Source: Octopus bimaculoides (taxonomy: Eukaryota). Taken from it: a stretch of DNA of 54,598 nucleotides. Position numbers and translations under genes: made by a program. This document shows positions 25,646-38,494 of the stretch, piece by piece. How positions within the stretch are numbered: the stretch's first letter is position 1; each line of letters opens with the position of its first letter. The stretch covers positions 103,304,297 through 103,358,894 of the forward strand of contig NC_068981.1 in the NCBI RefSeq assembly GCF_001194135.2, in the 5' to 3' direction. A model generated the notes under the pieces. The model was not told the DNA's origin. It made no database searches and saw only the letters and a list, made by a program, of their open reading frames with translations.

Positions 25646-28388
25646 GTACCGTTATTAATTTTCTGCTTGAATATGCTATTATATCCATTCAACGAGCTTT
25701 TCTTATAGGTAACGTTAAGAAAATATCGAGTCCCCTGATTAGGCTTTCTGAAATTAAACAACTGTGAAGGAGATTACACATCCAACTGTGCAAGAAAGAA
25801 ACCTATTGCAAAAGGTTTATGTGTTTATGTATGTGACTGTTCATGTGTGTATTTTATATAAATTACTTTTTATATTATCTATAAATCCATGAAACATGAA
25901 TAAGTAATGGTTTGCGCTTCAGTATTTTTCTTGGTATCATGATAACAATAAATTATACCGAAAGTTAAAAGTTTAAGAAATATCTTGCATATTTATGTGT
26001 CATTAATAGATTGAATTTGAGGAACTTTGGGAAACCGTTTGCTTGAGAGACCCAACTTTTCATGATTAACGTGCAGACGTTATTAATATAACTAACTGGA
26101 CAATTTTTAGTATATTTTTATGTACAAAAATAATATTTTGTATTTTATATAAAACACGATAATATAATTTTTGGTTTTATATATTATATAATATAAATGT
26201 TAGGAATTTAGACGTTTCGAAAAATTACTTTAACAAACTACAATCAGGGTAGAAAATTTACAAGTTTTGGGATATTACTATTTAACATCTACATATGCAC
26301 GTGCTTTGCTTTTGACAAACTATAAATAAAAATAAAATCAGGCTTTGGCCAGCCAGGAGCCTCTGCACGAATATTAGGCCTTCGTAGAAATACCAGCGTA
26401 ATCCTCCTCAATTCACACATTACCATTTTTAAAAAAAATAAGTGTAAAGAATGCAGTCTTTTGTACATTGTGACAAAATTTAAGACAGAATGAGCATGAT
26501 GGACGCCAATCGTACGATAAAATGCTGAAACAGAAAACTGTATGAACTGATACGAATTATGACTGTGTATTAGTAACAGTTAGGCTTCGATGATTCCGAA
26601 TGAAAAAGTGTTGTGTCGACGCCCTCAAGCGAAGAACTAGGATCGCCCCAGACATATAAATAGAAGTAGTCTGGCCGTGGTAGAGAGTTGAGTAGCTCTT
26701 GGGTAGCAGTCGAGTAGCGATCATCCGAAGGTGCTAGATAGCAGTAGCTTGAGTCATAACAAAAAGACAAAGGGAACATGAGCAATATAGGAACATCGTT
26801 GCAAAAAATTCATATACTGGCAATACTAACGATCAACGAAGAAGTATATATGCAGTTGCTCGACCTGCTAGATATTTGGTAGCCATTTATACTAGATGAT
26901 CAACCACGTAGATGGATCTTTTAGAATATCTGTTGCAGTGGTGTTGTGCTTCGTGGATTGATGGAATTGCTTAAACGTCAAGCGTAATGTTTTGTAGTAT
27001 TTCTTCTGACGCTTTAAGTTCTGAATTCTTCGGTAATCGAATTAATCCCCCCCCCCCCAGTTTAAGACCANNNNNNNNNNATCCCCCCCCCCCCAGTTTA
27101 AGACCATTACTTGATCCTTGCGTTCGTCAAGAGGAATTCGCCCTTGTCACGTGTATATGGGTCAGGTCTTGAGTCTGAGGATAACGAGAAAACAACAAAA
27201 TGAAGGGCTCACAAAATACAGCACCACCATAATCACACAACATAGCTACTGCATTTACTAACAAATGATCATCTACGTTGTCACTAATCCTGCCATAAAT
27301 AGCTGCCACGTATTACATCCTGCTTTCCTAAAATTGAAGTACACATTTAGTGTAGTTCAATGTACACTAAGCTGTAAAAAAGAAAGAAAAACACAATGGA
27401 ATGATTACCGATGAGACGACTTTGATTATATATTTGCTTATTCGAGGGATGACATGGATCTAAACAGCTTGATTAGATACTGCAATATTGTAGAAGTTTC
27501 TGAAAAATAGCCAATTAAATAAAAGAAATTACCGTCTCAAATATAACAGTTAATATACCACAGATGTATCAAATTAGCAACAAACAACTAATGAAAGTGT
27601 TAACAAACACACATAAAGAAAATTAATAGATATAAAGGGAAGCAGAGAACTAGCAAGTATATCTGTCCAATATAAACTACAAATCATTAATTTCAACATC
27701 AGTAAATGCAGGGAACTTGAAGATTGGGGAAAATTATAACAGTTCTGAAGCGTGATAAAAACCCAACCGAAACAGCCCCATGTAGATTCATCATCCTCTT
27801 ATGATTACTATAAATTATGCCCAAAAGACTAAGTAACCCAAATATTCTCTTTTCTAATCTCACAACGTAGATTATCCTTATACCCAAGCACTATATTATT
27901 CACAGCCCACTCAAAATATATATGACAGCTTAAACAACTAAAAAAGTCCTAAGCTTGACTGTGGACATTAGAAAACTATTCACTTTATTTATCGTTGACC
28001 AGTTATGAGAAACATGCATACAATTCCTTAAGAAATAAGACACATCCCACACTAACCAACGACATTTAAGCCTGCAAACCATATGTAGTATACAATAGCA
28101 ATACGTCTGATTTTTGCAGTTTTCAAAATGTTGTACCACGACGGTCCGTTCTTTCACCCATTCTGCTTAAATTATGCTTAAACGATCTGCTCAAACCTTC
28201 TCGAAATCCAAACATAATATAATGTTCATGTAACATCATAACCACATGCCTGCGTTATTACCCAGACAAATCTTCACACCTATTTCAACCACCTAGTTTC
28301 ACATAAATTGACAAAAGGGAGCACTTACCAAATTTACTATCCATCATCTATTTTCACTAAAAAAGCAATTATTAACATTTAAAGTCAG

Positions 28389-29052
28389 CTTGTTTGTTGT
28401 TAACACAACGTTTCGGTTGGTATACCCTCCAGCTTTCTTCAGGTGCCTTGAGGAAATTTCGAACCTGGGATATCATTACTAGGTTATTTTTCGATGTTAT
28501 TATTAATATTATTATGCAGGTTACTGCCTGGAATCGAAATAGGAATCTTGGGGTTAGTAGCCCGCGCTCTTAACCACTACGCCATATGTCCGTGGGCTAT
28601 TATGGAGTGAATTTTTAGGGCTTATAAATCTAATATTTTTTAATCCTTTCTTACTACCGGTTCCCATACGGAGTGCAGATGTGAATAGCATATGGGAACC
28701 GGTATTAAGGAAGGATAGGAAAATATTAGATTTATAAGCCCTAAAAATTCACTCCATAATTGCCTACGAGCGTATAGCGTAGTGGTTAAGGGCGTGGGCT
28801 ACTAACCCCAAGATTCCGAGTACAATTCCAGGCAGTGACCTAAATAATAATGATAATAATAATAACACCAACATCGAAAAATACCTTAGGAAGGAGAACC
28901 CAGGTTCGAAATTTCTCCCAAGACACTTGATGAAGGCTGGAGGGTATATCAGCCGAAATGTGTTAACAACAAACAAGATGAGGACAAATATCCGTCAAAT
29001 GTAAATAATGTAAATAATGTACATAATTCCTCATCTCTTAAATATAGAACTG
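28389..29052. mobile_element. Long foldback: two head-to-head copies of a tRNA-head + (TAA)n + hammerhead repeat
   Basis: Arms 28389-28668 and 28691-28977 with a 22-nt spacer; A/B boxes in each arm; hammerhead motifs at 28402-28447 (-) and 28922-28964 (+). Confidence 0.85.
28402..28447 (-). ncRNA. Minimal hammerhead ribozyme motif (core intact, stem II damaged)
   Basis: GGCAC-CTGAAGA-A-AGCTG...CAACC-GAAACGTT-GTGTT; the sister arm has an intact stem II GGCTG/CAGCC. Confidence 0.65.
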
Positions 29053-29599
29053 TACTAAAAAAACAACTTATACAATTGAGCATCTCCGTGCTCCCTAGAC
29101 CTGCTGGAAACAATATCCAGACGATTTACCTCCTTCGAAGAAAGCAGCATAACTTCAAATAGAATTAGTTGCTACTGCTGCTGTTTATCTCTGGTCAATT
29201 CTGTCTGTGTATACTTATTATTAACGACATTCCAGTCATGATGATCTCTTCATTTTGTATAATATTTGAAATATATTATATGCAAGACCGCATAATCCTA
29301 AGGTATATTTTGAGAAGACGTTTAACTGCTATTTCTAGTGGTCAGTAGACCACCCACGTGCTTTATCGTCTGGTTTTACTCATATTTGTTCTGATTCATA
29401 TTTGTTATAAACAAGAACACCACATTCCAAGAGTCTATAGCAACAAATATATTTAGACACGTTGACGGAATAACAAAATATGATTTTGAGACTAAAATAC
29501 AGTATAATACAAGACATATGTTGTAGTTATTGTAGTTGTTGATCAAGCAGACATCAAAGACGGTCCATTTGCACAAATTGTGATCATAAGGTCGTTGTC

Positions 29600-30055
29600 G
29601 TCTTCTTCTTCTTCTTTTTCTTCTTCTTCTTCTTCTTCTTCTTCTTCTTCTTCTTCTTCTTCTTCTTCTTCTTCTTCTTCTTCTTCTTCTTCTTCTTCTT
29701 TTTCTTCTTTCCTCTTTCTTCTCCTTCTTCTTTCTCTCTCCTTCTACTTCTTCTTTCCTCCTTCTTCCTCTCTCCTTCTTCTTCTCCTTCCTCTCTCCTT
29801 CTTCTTCTCCTTCCTCTCTCCTTCTTCTTCCTTGTCCTTCTTCTCCTTCTTCCTCTCTCCTTCTTCTTCCTTGTCCTTCTACCTCCTCTTCCTTGTCCTT
29901 CTTCTCGTCCATCTTCTTCCTCTCCTTATTTTCTCCTTCTCCTTCCCTTCTTCTTTCCCTCATATGCCCCCCTCCTCTTCCTCCTCCTCTTAAACCTCCT
30001 CTTCCTCCTCCTCCTCCTCCTCCTCCTCCTCCTCTTCCTCCTCTTCCTCCTCGAT
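29600..30055. repeat. ~450-bp polypyrimidine tract (CTT)n/(CCT)n
   Basis: Visible; explains the poly-R/S/P/G ORFs. Confidence 0.95.
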
Positions 30056-30748
30056 ATTCTTTCAAGAGAGTGCCATACGTTCCGAGGCTGCTACTACTGA
30101 CAGATCCAGCAATCGCAAAGAGACAGCCCCCTTTGGTTCATTTGTTTAGAAATGGAGAAAGGAAATTAAATTTCACACGCACACAAAAAAAACAACAATA
30201 TAATTCCCACCATCATCTGTACAATGCCTATCTGCTCTCTTCTCAAGATAACCAGGGGTTTTGTAGTATATATATATACATATATATATATATCGTAGTC
30301 TTTAATTAAGCTTTTAATCATTAATTCACGCCCCTCTCTTGCTGTGCTTTAATCCTATTCTTCTCTCAGTGTGAAAAGAAAATTAATTTTGCTTTCCACT
30401 TTGGAAGAAAGACGGAATGCATAGATACTGGATTATCAAGTATTCATGCAGAGTATATGTGACGCTAGTAAACTGGAAACGCTCTGTTTGTTACTGTAAG
30501 GAGACAGTGCAAACATTAACTATTAATGTTTCAAAATTATATAAAGATTGCCATCATTGCACCATATCGTGTTTGCTATTAATGTTTAAAACATTTGCAT
30601 GATATTAAATATTTGAGTTACGCAGCTGCAGTAAAAATAACTGAAGTTAATAAAATACAACAATGAAAATGACATTTAGCAGTCAGAAATTCTGATAGCG
30701 TATTTACTGCGTTCTACATAAATATATGGGTTGTACTAACACGCACGT

Positions 30749-30780
<32 letters not shown>

Positions 30781-31028
30781 TGTATGTATGTATGTATGTA
30801 TGTATGTATGTATTTATGTTTGTATGTACGCATGTATGTATGTATGTACGTACGTACGTACGTATGTATATATGTATGTATGTATGTAATTTTTCAGTTT
30901 TATTTTAAGATTTCTTGTCAATAGAGAAAGAGCTGGTTTCTAACCTAAGTTCAAGGTTCCTTCATTGGAATTACAACAACAGGTTATTTTTGTTTGTATA
31001 TGTGTATGTATGTATTTATGCGCACACA

Positions 31029-31094
<66 letters not shown>

Positions 31095-31247
31095 CATGTA
31101 TGCATATATTTATATACATATACACACATATACATATACAGAGAAGAGATACATACACACATACATACATACATGCATACATACATACATACATGCATGC
31201 ATGCATACATACATACATACATACGTATACACATAAATTTATAATAG

Positions 31248-31400
31248 AGGTGCGTGGCTTAGTGATTATGAACATGGGTTCGATTCCTGGACTGGATGAT
31301 ATCTTGGTATTCTTGAGCAAAGCACTTCATATCACGTTACCCCAGTGTAATCAGCTGAGAAAAATTAGTAATTCTGTGATGATCCAGTGTCCTTTCCAAA
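31248..31400 (+). mobile_element. Degenerate tRNA-derived SINE head and core
   Basis: tggcttagtga...ggttcgattcc...ttcttgagcaaagcactt. Confidence 0.65.
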
Positions 31401-31750
31401 GGTAAAGATATACACCACAGAATCCGGTAAATCAACGTGATAATCCGATAACCTGAGAAGGTTCTTTCATCCTTTTCTGATATACATATATATATGTATG
31501 TATATCTGTGTGTATATACATATGTGTGTGTGAGTGTGTGTGTGTATGTGTGTGTGCGTGCGCATGCTTTATGCATTCACGTATGTGTACGTATCTACCC
31601 TTCTGTATCTATATACGTACGCATATATTACATAAATACATTTATTGGAAAAATAAATAATTGTTAGTAATCACGAGGGGTGCATATAGATTTGTGCGTA
31701 CCTGTACATATATATCTGCGCATGTGTGTGAGTGAATGTGTGTATACAAA

Positions 31751-31799
<49 letters not shown>

Positions 31800-32100
31800 T
31801 TTCGCCTCGGGCCGACCAAAGCCTTGTGAGTGGATATGGTAGACGGAAACTGAAACATACATATATGTACGTGTGTATATATTTTTGTGTCTGTGTTTGT
31901 CCCCCCGCCCCACTCCAGCGCTTGACAAGCGTTGCTGGTATGTTTATGTCCCGGTAACCTAGCGGTTTGGCAAAAGAGACCGATAGAATAAGTACTAGGC
32001 TTACAAAGTACTAGGTTTACAAAGAATAACTTCTCGACTAAAAGTGGTGCTCCAGCATGGCCGCAGTCAAATGACTGAAACAAGTAAAAGAAAAAAAGAA
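31800..32100 (+). mobile_element. SINE body and 3' tail
   Basis: gggccgaccaaagccttgtgagtggat...gtggtgctccagcatggccgcagtcaaatgactgaaacaagtaaaag. Confidence 0.85.
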
Positions 32101-32187
32101 AGAATATGTATGTATATGCATAAGTATGTATATGTATGTATGTATATATATATGTACCCACACACGCACATACAAATTTGTGGATAT

Positions 32188-32249
<62 letters not shown>

Positions 32250-33124
32250 TCTTGTGTACACCCAAGGGTACTACTTTTCAATTAATGTTTGTATTCGTTG
32301 ATATTTATATGAAAATACGCCGTTTCGTATAGAAACACATGTTTATTGAGATGCGCATGTATATATAAGTATATATATGTCCATAGTTTAATCTATCTTT
32401 CCATCTAGATGTTTTCCTTCACTCTATGTATGTCTAGTTCACATCCCCTATCAAAACTGCTCCAATTTTTCCCCTTCCTATTCATTTATAAGTTAAGTGA
32501 TGTTTGAAAGTAAATTTATCTTTCTGCGCGCTTAACTCGGTTCCCTTCCAATGAAATATTCATCGCTGTAGATCGCATACAACCCCCTATTCACTTGCAG
32601 TCAAGCATATGTGCAATAAATTGCCCAGAAACAAACTTATATCATGATATAGTTCACTGGATTTTATTTGTGTTGTGTTTAAAATGTTTGTTTGTTAGCC
32701 GATTCTCACTGTGTTTGCTTGGTGTGATTTTTTTCTCTTTACTAACACAATCCTGTATTGAGAGTGAAGATTTTGACCTTTTGATTTTAAACTGTGACAA
32801 GGTCAAGTCCAATAGCACATGTTGTCAATTAAAGGAAATTCTAATTATGTTTTTTACATCCAGAGCAGCCGAGGTCATTGATAATGAATATTATGTTAGA
32901 TTTAAGTATTTGACAGTATTTAATTGCGTTCCTTTATTTTCTCAGCTGACCAGTTGTTTGTTAATAAGATTTTGCAAACGGAATCTGTGCAGCTTGAATC
33001 TGTAATATATGCACACACGCGCACACACACACACGCACACACACACACACACGCACACACACACACACGCACGTACGCACATGCATACATATATATACAT
33101 ATATATAAATACATACATACATAC

Positions 33125-33179
<55 letters not shown>

Positions 33180-33589
33180 TGTAAAATAAGCTTGACAGTA
33201 CTCAGGGCTCAGTGCCTCCGACATTGAAGGTTAGTCGCAAATTATGCCCCTTGTCGAACTGTTATTGAAGTAGAAAGGCAGATAAACACAAGTACGTTTA
33301 AAGTATCTATTTACAGGGAATACAAAATGCACACGCCATTCTTCTCCCGAGGAGGGGTCACTTAGTTTGGCCTAAGAAATTCATAAGACCCTATCGTATT
33401 GCACACACCTACGATATTATACGAACCTGTTACGTACGACTGTATACGGTGCTCCCGAAATAGCTGTTGAGATATAAGACTATTACATAACTCCTTATTT
33501 TCTTTATTTTGCAATATATATTTATATTCCCTATAAATACACATTTTAAGCCTACTTGTGTTTATCTGTCTTTCTATTTCTTTCTCTCT

Positions 33590-33631
<42 letters not shown>

Positions 33632-33662
33632 ATCTCGCTTTATCTCTCTCTCTCTATCTCTT

Positions 33663-33712
<50 letters not shown>

Positions 33713-33752
33713 TTATAGCTACCTAGGTAGCTAGCTAGATAGATAGATAGAC

Positions 33753-33783
<31 letters not shown>

Positions 33784-34302
33784 GATTTTAACGTCCACTT
33801 ATTCATAACTGCATGGACGGAGTTTATTGAGGCCTATTTTCCTCACAGTTTTTAAAAAGGCAAAAATGAAGTAGTTTGCTCATGTAACATGATGCCATCA
33901 TATTTACTTCTCGTAAATATGGACCTGCATGGACAACCCGCTTAAAACTGATATACAAGACCCAAAAGAGAAGATGCTGGTGAAAGATATGATTACTGAC
34001 AACCAAGAAAATAGTAGATGATATCGTTGCGTATCTTGCTGTTCACCTAGTCTTCTCGGTTCTGATTCTGTCTGAAAAAAGAAAAACCAACAATTTTTAT
34101 TCTAACTAGGTACAAAAGCAAGTATTTTTGTATTTAAGTATGTTACTTAACCCAATGCTGAGAAGACTTCTGAACAAAACGATGGTTATCTCATCTTTAA
34201 TAGGGCAGTGATTCTGAATCTTTATTATTAGAGTCCCTTTTCACCATATAACATTTTCCAAACTTGTCTTTTTCATATTTTATAAAAGAAAAAAATGCAG
34301 GA

Positions 34303-35507
34303 AGATATGGCTGTTATTTCAGCCATATTGCATATTGCAGCCATATAGCTATTTTTGCAGCCATTTATGCCGACTCATTCTATTTCAAACTAGTCTTTTT
34401 AATGTCGTTGTTTTGTTGTTTAGTCAAACGTTAACCATCATCATGCTGATCTATTATTAAAAGAGTCCAACTTTGATTACGACATTAGACTTAGTGTTTG
34501 TAGAACTACATTATTGTATATATCTCCCCATTTTCTATTGAGACAGTACGGTGTTTGATTCAAAGTTTTGGCTGCTATTTCTAACAGGTTAAGCAACTGT
34601 GCTGACGCCTCTACATTTGTCACCGTTGTAATATTGCATTATAACCTAACATTAAACACGAATCATAGAAGCTCATTTTGCACAGAAGCTTATTAACCTT
34701 ATTTTCTAATAGCGTCCCATCTTTCATGTGCCTCTTCTTAGATATTTGCGTTGATTAATATACTTTGTATTATGTTTTAATGGGAATTATTATAAAAGGC
34801 GAGGATTTACATAATGAAATTATGTTGGACATCGGCGCATCATCAGGGACTTATTCTGTCCATAATAAGACAATGTGCTATACGTATTTTAATCTCAACA
34901 ATATATGTATATACTTCATGTAAATACCTAAATGTATTTGTACCAAGGTTAAACATTTTATCTCTTAGAAAAATCACGATACCTCTAAATATCTAGCATC
35001 TCCATACACCCATTTACTATCTGCCGCCTTCTTGTGAGTTCACAATACTTCCAAATGGCATCCAAGATGAGAAACACTGAATTAGAGTATAATATATCGA
35101 AGACTACATCATCGTTGATACACGTCTTCAACTCTATTTTAGACAGTAGTTTGTTTAAGACAAAGGAGATATGGCTGTTATTGCAGCCATTCATACCGAC
35201 TCATTCTATTTCAAACTGGTCTTTTTAATGTCGTTGTTTTGTTGTTTAGTCAAACGTTAACCATTATCATGCTGATCTATTATTAAAAGAGTCCAGCTTT
35301 GATTACATCATTAGGCTTAGAGTTTGTAGAACTACATTATTGTATGTATCTCCCCAATTTTTTATCGAGACAGTATTATTTAGTATGGTGTTTGATTCAA
35401 AGTTTTGGTTGCTATTTCTGACAGGTTAAGCAACTGTGCTGACTGACGCCTCTACATTTGTTACTATTATAATATTGCATTATAACCTAACATTAAACAC
35501 GAATCAT
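34303..35507 (+). repeat. Local direct duplication (34303-34666 and 35167-35507)
   Basis: Two ~350-bp copies, roughly 90% alike by eye, sharing non-repeat flank sequence. Confidence 0.9.
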
Positions 35508-38494
35508 TATCAGTCATTACCACATCATTATGATAATTAATGCTAACAATTTTTAGTGATTACGAACAAAATCACAGATTTCTGGAAAAGACAAATAAAA
35601 TTCTCAGCTTCTTCAAAAGCATTTTAAATATTTATGCTAAAGTGAAATTCATCGAACCAGGACTGAGACAAGGAATGGAAACAAGAATGGAAACAGCATG
35701 GTATCGAAGTTGTGGACCTCAGTCTCCATTGAAATATGATGATATTATATTCAATATGCTTTTTTCCCTCAATATTGCTGCATACATTGCTTCTGTCGTT
35801 AGAAAGCCATGCCAAAATATATCGTTAATGATGTTTTACAAGTCCTTAAAATCCTAAATATGTAGATAAGGCAATGGTTTCGTGAGATATATATGCCAAT
35901 CTTAAAAGTGTTGGAAACTAATGGATTGAAGTTATGGCTAATGCCTCAGTCAAAGCAGAAAGTTCTCTGCAGTTTCCCTGGTAGCGGGAAAAGGAAGAAT
36001 GCACTACAATATATGGGAGCTGCTAACGATTAGTTCGTCTATGCAAGTAGGTTAGCTGGAAGTCAATCACTGCATATGAGTCTGTTACCGTATACGGCAT
36101 ATTTCCGAGTTTATCACTAGCCAGGCTTCTGTAATGTCTGTGATCTATCTATTCGGGAACCGCTTACATATTTGCCCTGAATGAAGGAAGATTTTTGCGA
36201 TTACTTTACCTTGTAGATATAGCAACCTAATTGCATTACCATCTTTAAAAAGCAAAGAACGTATTAGATAATATAGTCCTTGATACAATATTTCAGAATG
36301 AAATAAGGATGAGACAGTGATGCATAGAATACTCCTGATAATGTTTGCTAAATTAGGAGTGACATGGAACTAAACAACAGTCTAGTAATGCCACAATACA
36401 TAACAAGGGATGCTACAACGGAATGCAGTGTATCAAGACATCAAATCAGCCACAGACCAGAGAATGACTTGCTTCAAATACTTGTAACAGCCTCGTGGCA
36501 ATTAAAGGGAAGCAAGGGCCAGGTGTTTCTGATAAACAGCGACGGGTTGTACTCACCACACAAAGATCGATTACAATCGTGAATTGAAACTAGGAAGCAA
36601 ATACAGTTTTTGGAAGATCATCTTTACGCTATTTTGTTTTCCTTTCTATATTTCTTAAATGTCTCTTACCTGCGTTCAAAAATTCTTATAACACTGTATG
36701 TTTAAAATCCTTTTTTTATTCCTAAAAGCGCGCAATCCATTTTACTATATCGACATTTAGTCTCTATGTTCATTGGTATATAATAACAAGCCATTCTTCA
36801 CTTTTATAAGTATCTCACTTGATTTTTATTCGCTTTCGTCAATGGACAGAATTCATGTAGTATTTTAAAAATATACCTCGCCGATAAGCTGATAATAATA
36901 TGTATTAGAACTTCATACATACTCTACACATCCGATAACTGTTATCAAATATTAGTAGCTTAAATGCATTTTTATGTCTTTCAGTAGTTGTCACATGTTT
37001 CTGGGAAGAGAGAAAAAAACATGATGTTGCGGTTACTGGTCAAAAACAGCGGTGTTGGTGTGGACAGTTCACATTGATGATATATGTGCGTAAATAAATT
37101 TTTACTAATAGTGTAACATCTTTTGCTACGATTATCTATTGAATAGTTATTATTCTGTAAAAATTCTGGGATTGTATTTGGTATCATTATCTTCAGAATT
37201 ATTTCTGAAATGTTCTTTGTCAAATTTCCCAATATTGGTTTTGTTCATGCATATGAATATATTTGTTCCACGAGTTTATTCTACTTGTATTTTTCCGATA
37301 CCTATAATTTTCATGGCATCACTGTAATACAATATGACAGCCGAACACTATCTAAGCTAATGTTATATCTGTCTCTCATAATTCTCAATTGATATAGGTA
37401 GAGTCGGTCAATATGGTAGCTGATGTGGAAGTAATAGGTATCTGTTAATATCTCCTGAGCTTCGATATTAATAATTTGGATCTATTCAAACCACTTGGCA
37501 TTTTATCGATCTATGGATGCTCCGGTAACTGCATGCATAAATGTTTAAATATATGTATTTGTGTAGTGATGTGGCTAGAATCTCTAGTCTTTTCGCGAAC
37601 AGCTTTGTGTCCGCGTATCCGTATAAATACGGATATTTGTGATATTACCACCACGGCGTACAATGGGAATATTCAAAATATATGACGTAAGTTCGATTCC
37701 TTGTGGAGTTTTATTATTTCATTTGCTCCTCGCAGTGTCATTTCCAGACGTGTTATACATTTGGAAAAAAAAGAAAATTTGTCTGCACTACGTTGACTCG
37801 CCAACGACACACAATATAAGAACAAAATCTTTGTCGGCTAATGTGAAATCAAGGATGTGATGCATTATTATTTCTATGTTCGATGTTGGAATATCTTTTT
37901 AGTAAAAGACAACTTCATTAAGTATCGAAATCGTGTTTCTGTTTTTATGTTTTCATGTTTTCATCCTAGCTTTAAAATATTAAAGCATTCGCAATTTCCA
38001 ACCTTATGGTCTCTTGAATTAAATAAGCATACATGTGGTAATACGTATCTTGGTTGAGTTCTGTTTGAGATAATAGACAAATAATATAATATCTCAAATT
38101 ATATATTTTAATCTAATATATATCAAAGCAGGCATATAATTACAGTAATCATATTGTCATCAACCTTATACTTCAATAAAGCAACAAAGTTTCTATGTAA
38201 TTCTAATTAAGTTCCATTAAGACAACGTGCTGGAAATTACGTTGCGCAGATATTGTGCATATTAACATCTTCCCGCTTCCAATGCACACGCATTTATGTA
38301 ATCATAGCTTGCCAAGTTAATGATAATATGGCGGACTATGAGCCAAAATGTTGACGTGTACAGTTAACACTCAAATAGATGTCAAACTAGTTATAAAATA
38401 ACAGGTATCTTTTTATGGAAGATACCTATGTGTGTATTAGCGTGTGTAAATGTGAATTGCGGTTTGTATGTGTGTGCACACACACATATATATA

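Noticed and set aside
26570-26785. 71-aa minus ORF with ordinary composition
   Set aside because: No recognisable motif, no ATG context and no convincing splice pair
27044-27110. Duplicated atccccc...cagtttaagacca around 10 N
   Set aside because: Same gap-overlap artefact
28517-28840. Genuine tRNA genes in the palindrome arms
   Set aside because: Acceptor and T stems do not close, and the heads run into repeat body; SINE-type heads, not tRNAs
32595-33005. 136-aa plus ORF and the 105-aa ORF at 35540-35857
   Set aside because: F/L/I/C-rich composition expected from AT-rich non-coding DNA; no domain recognised
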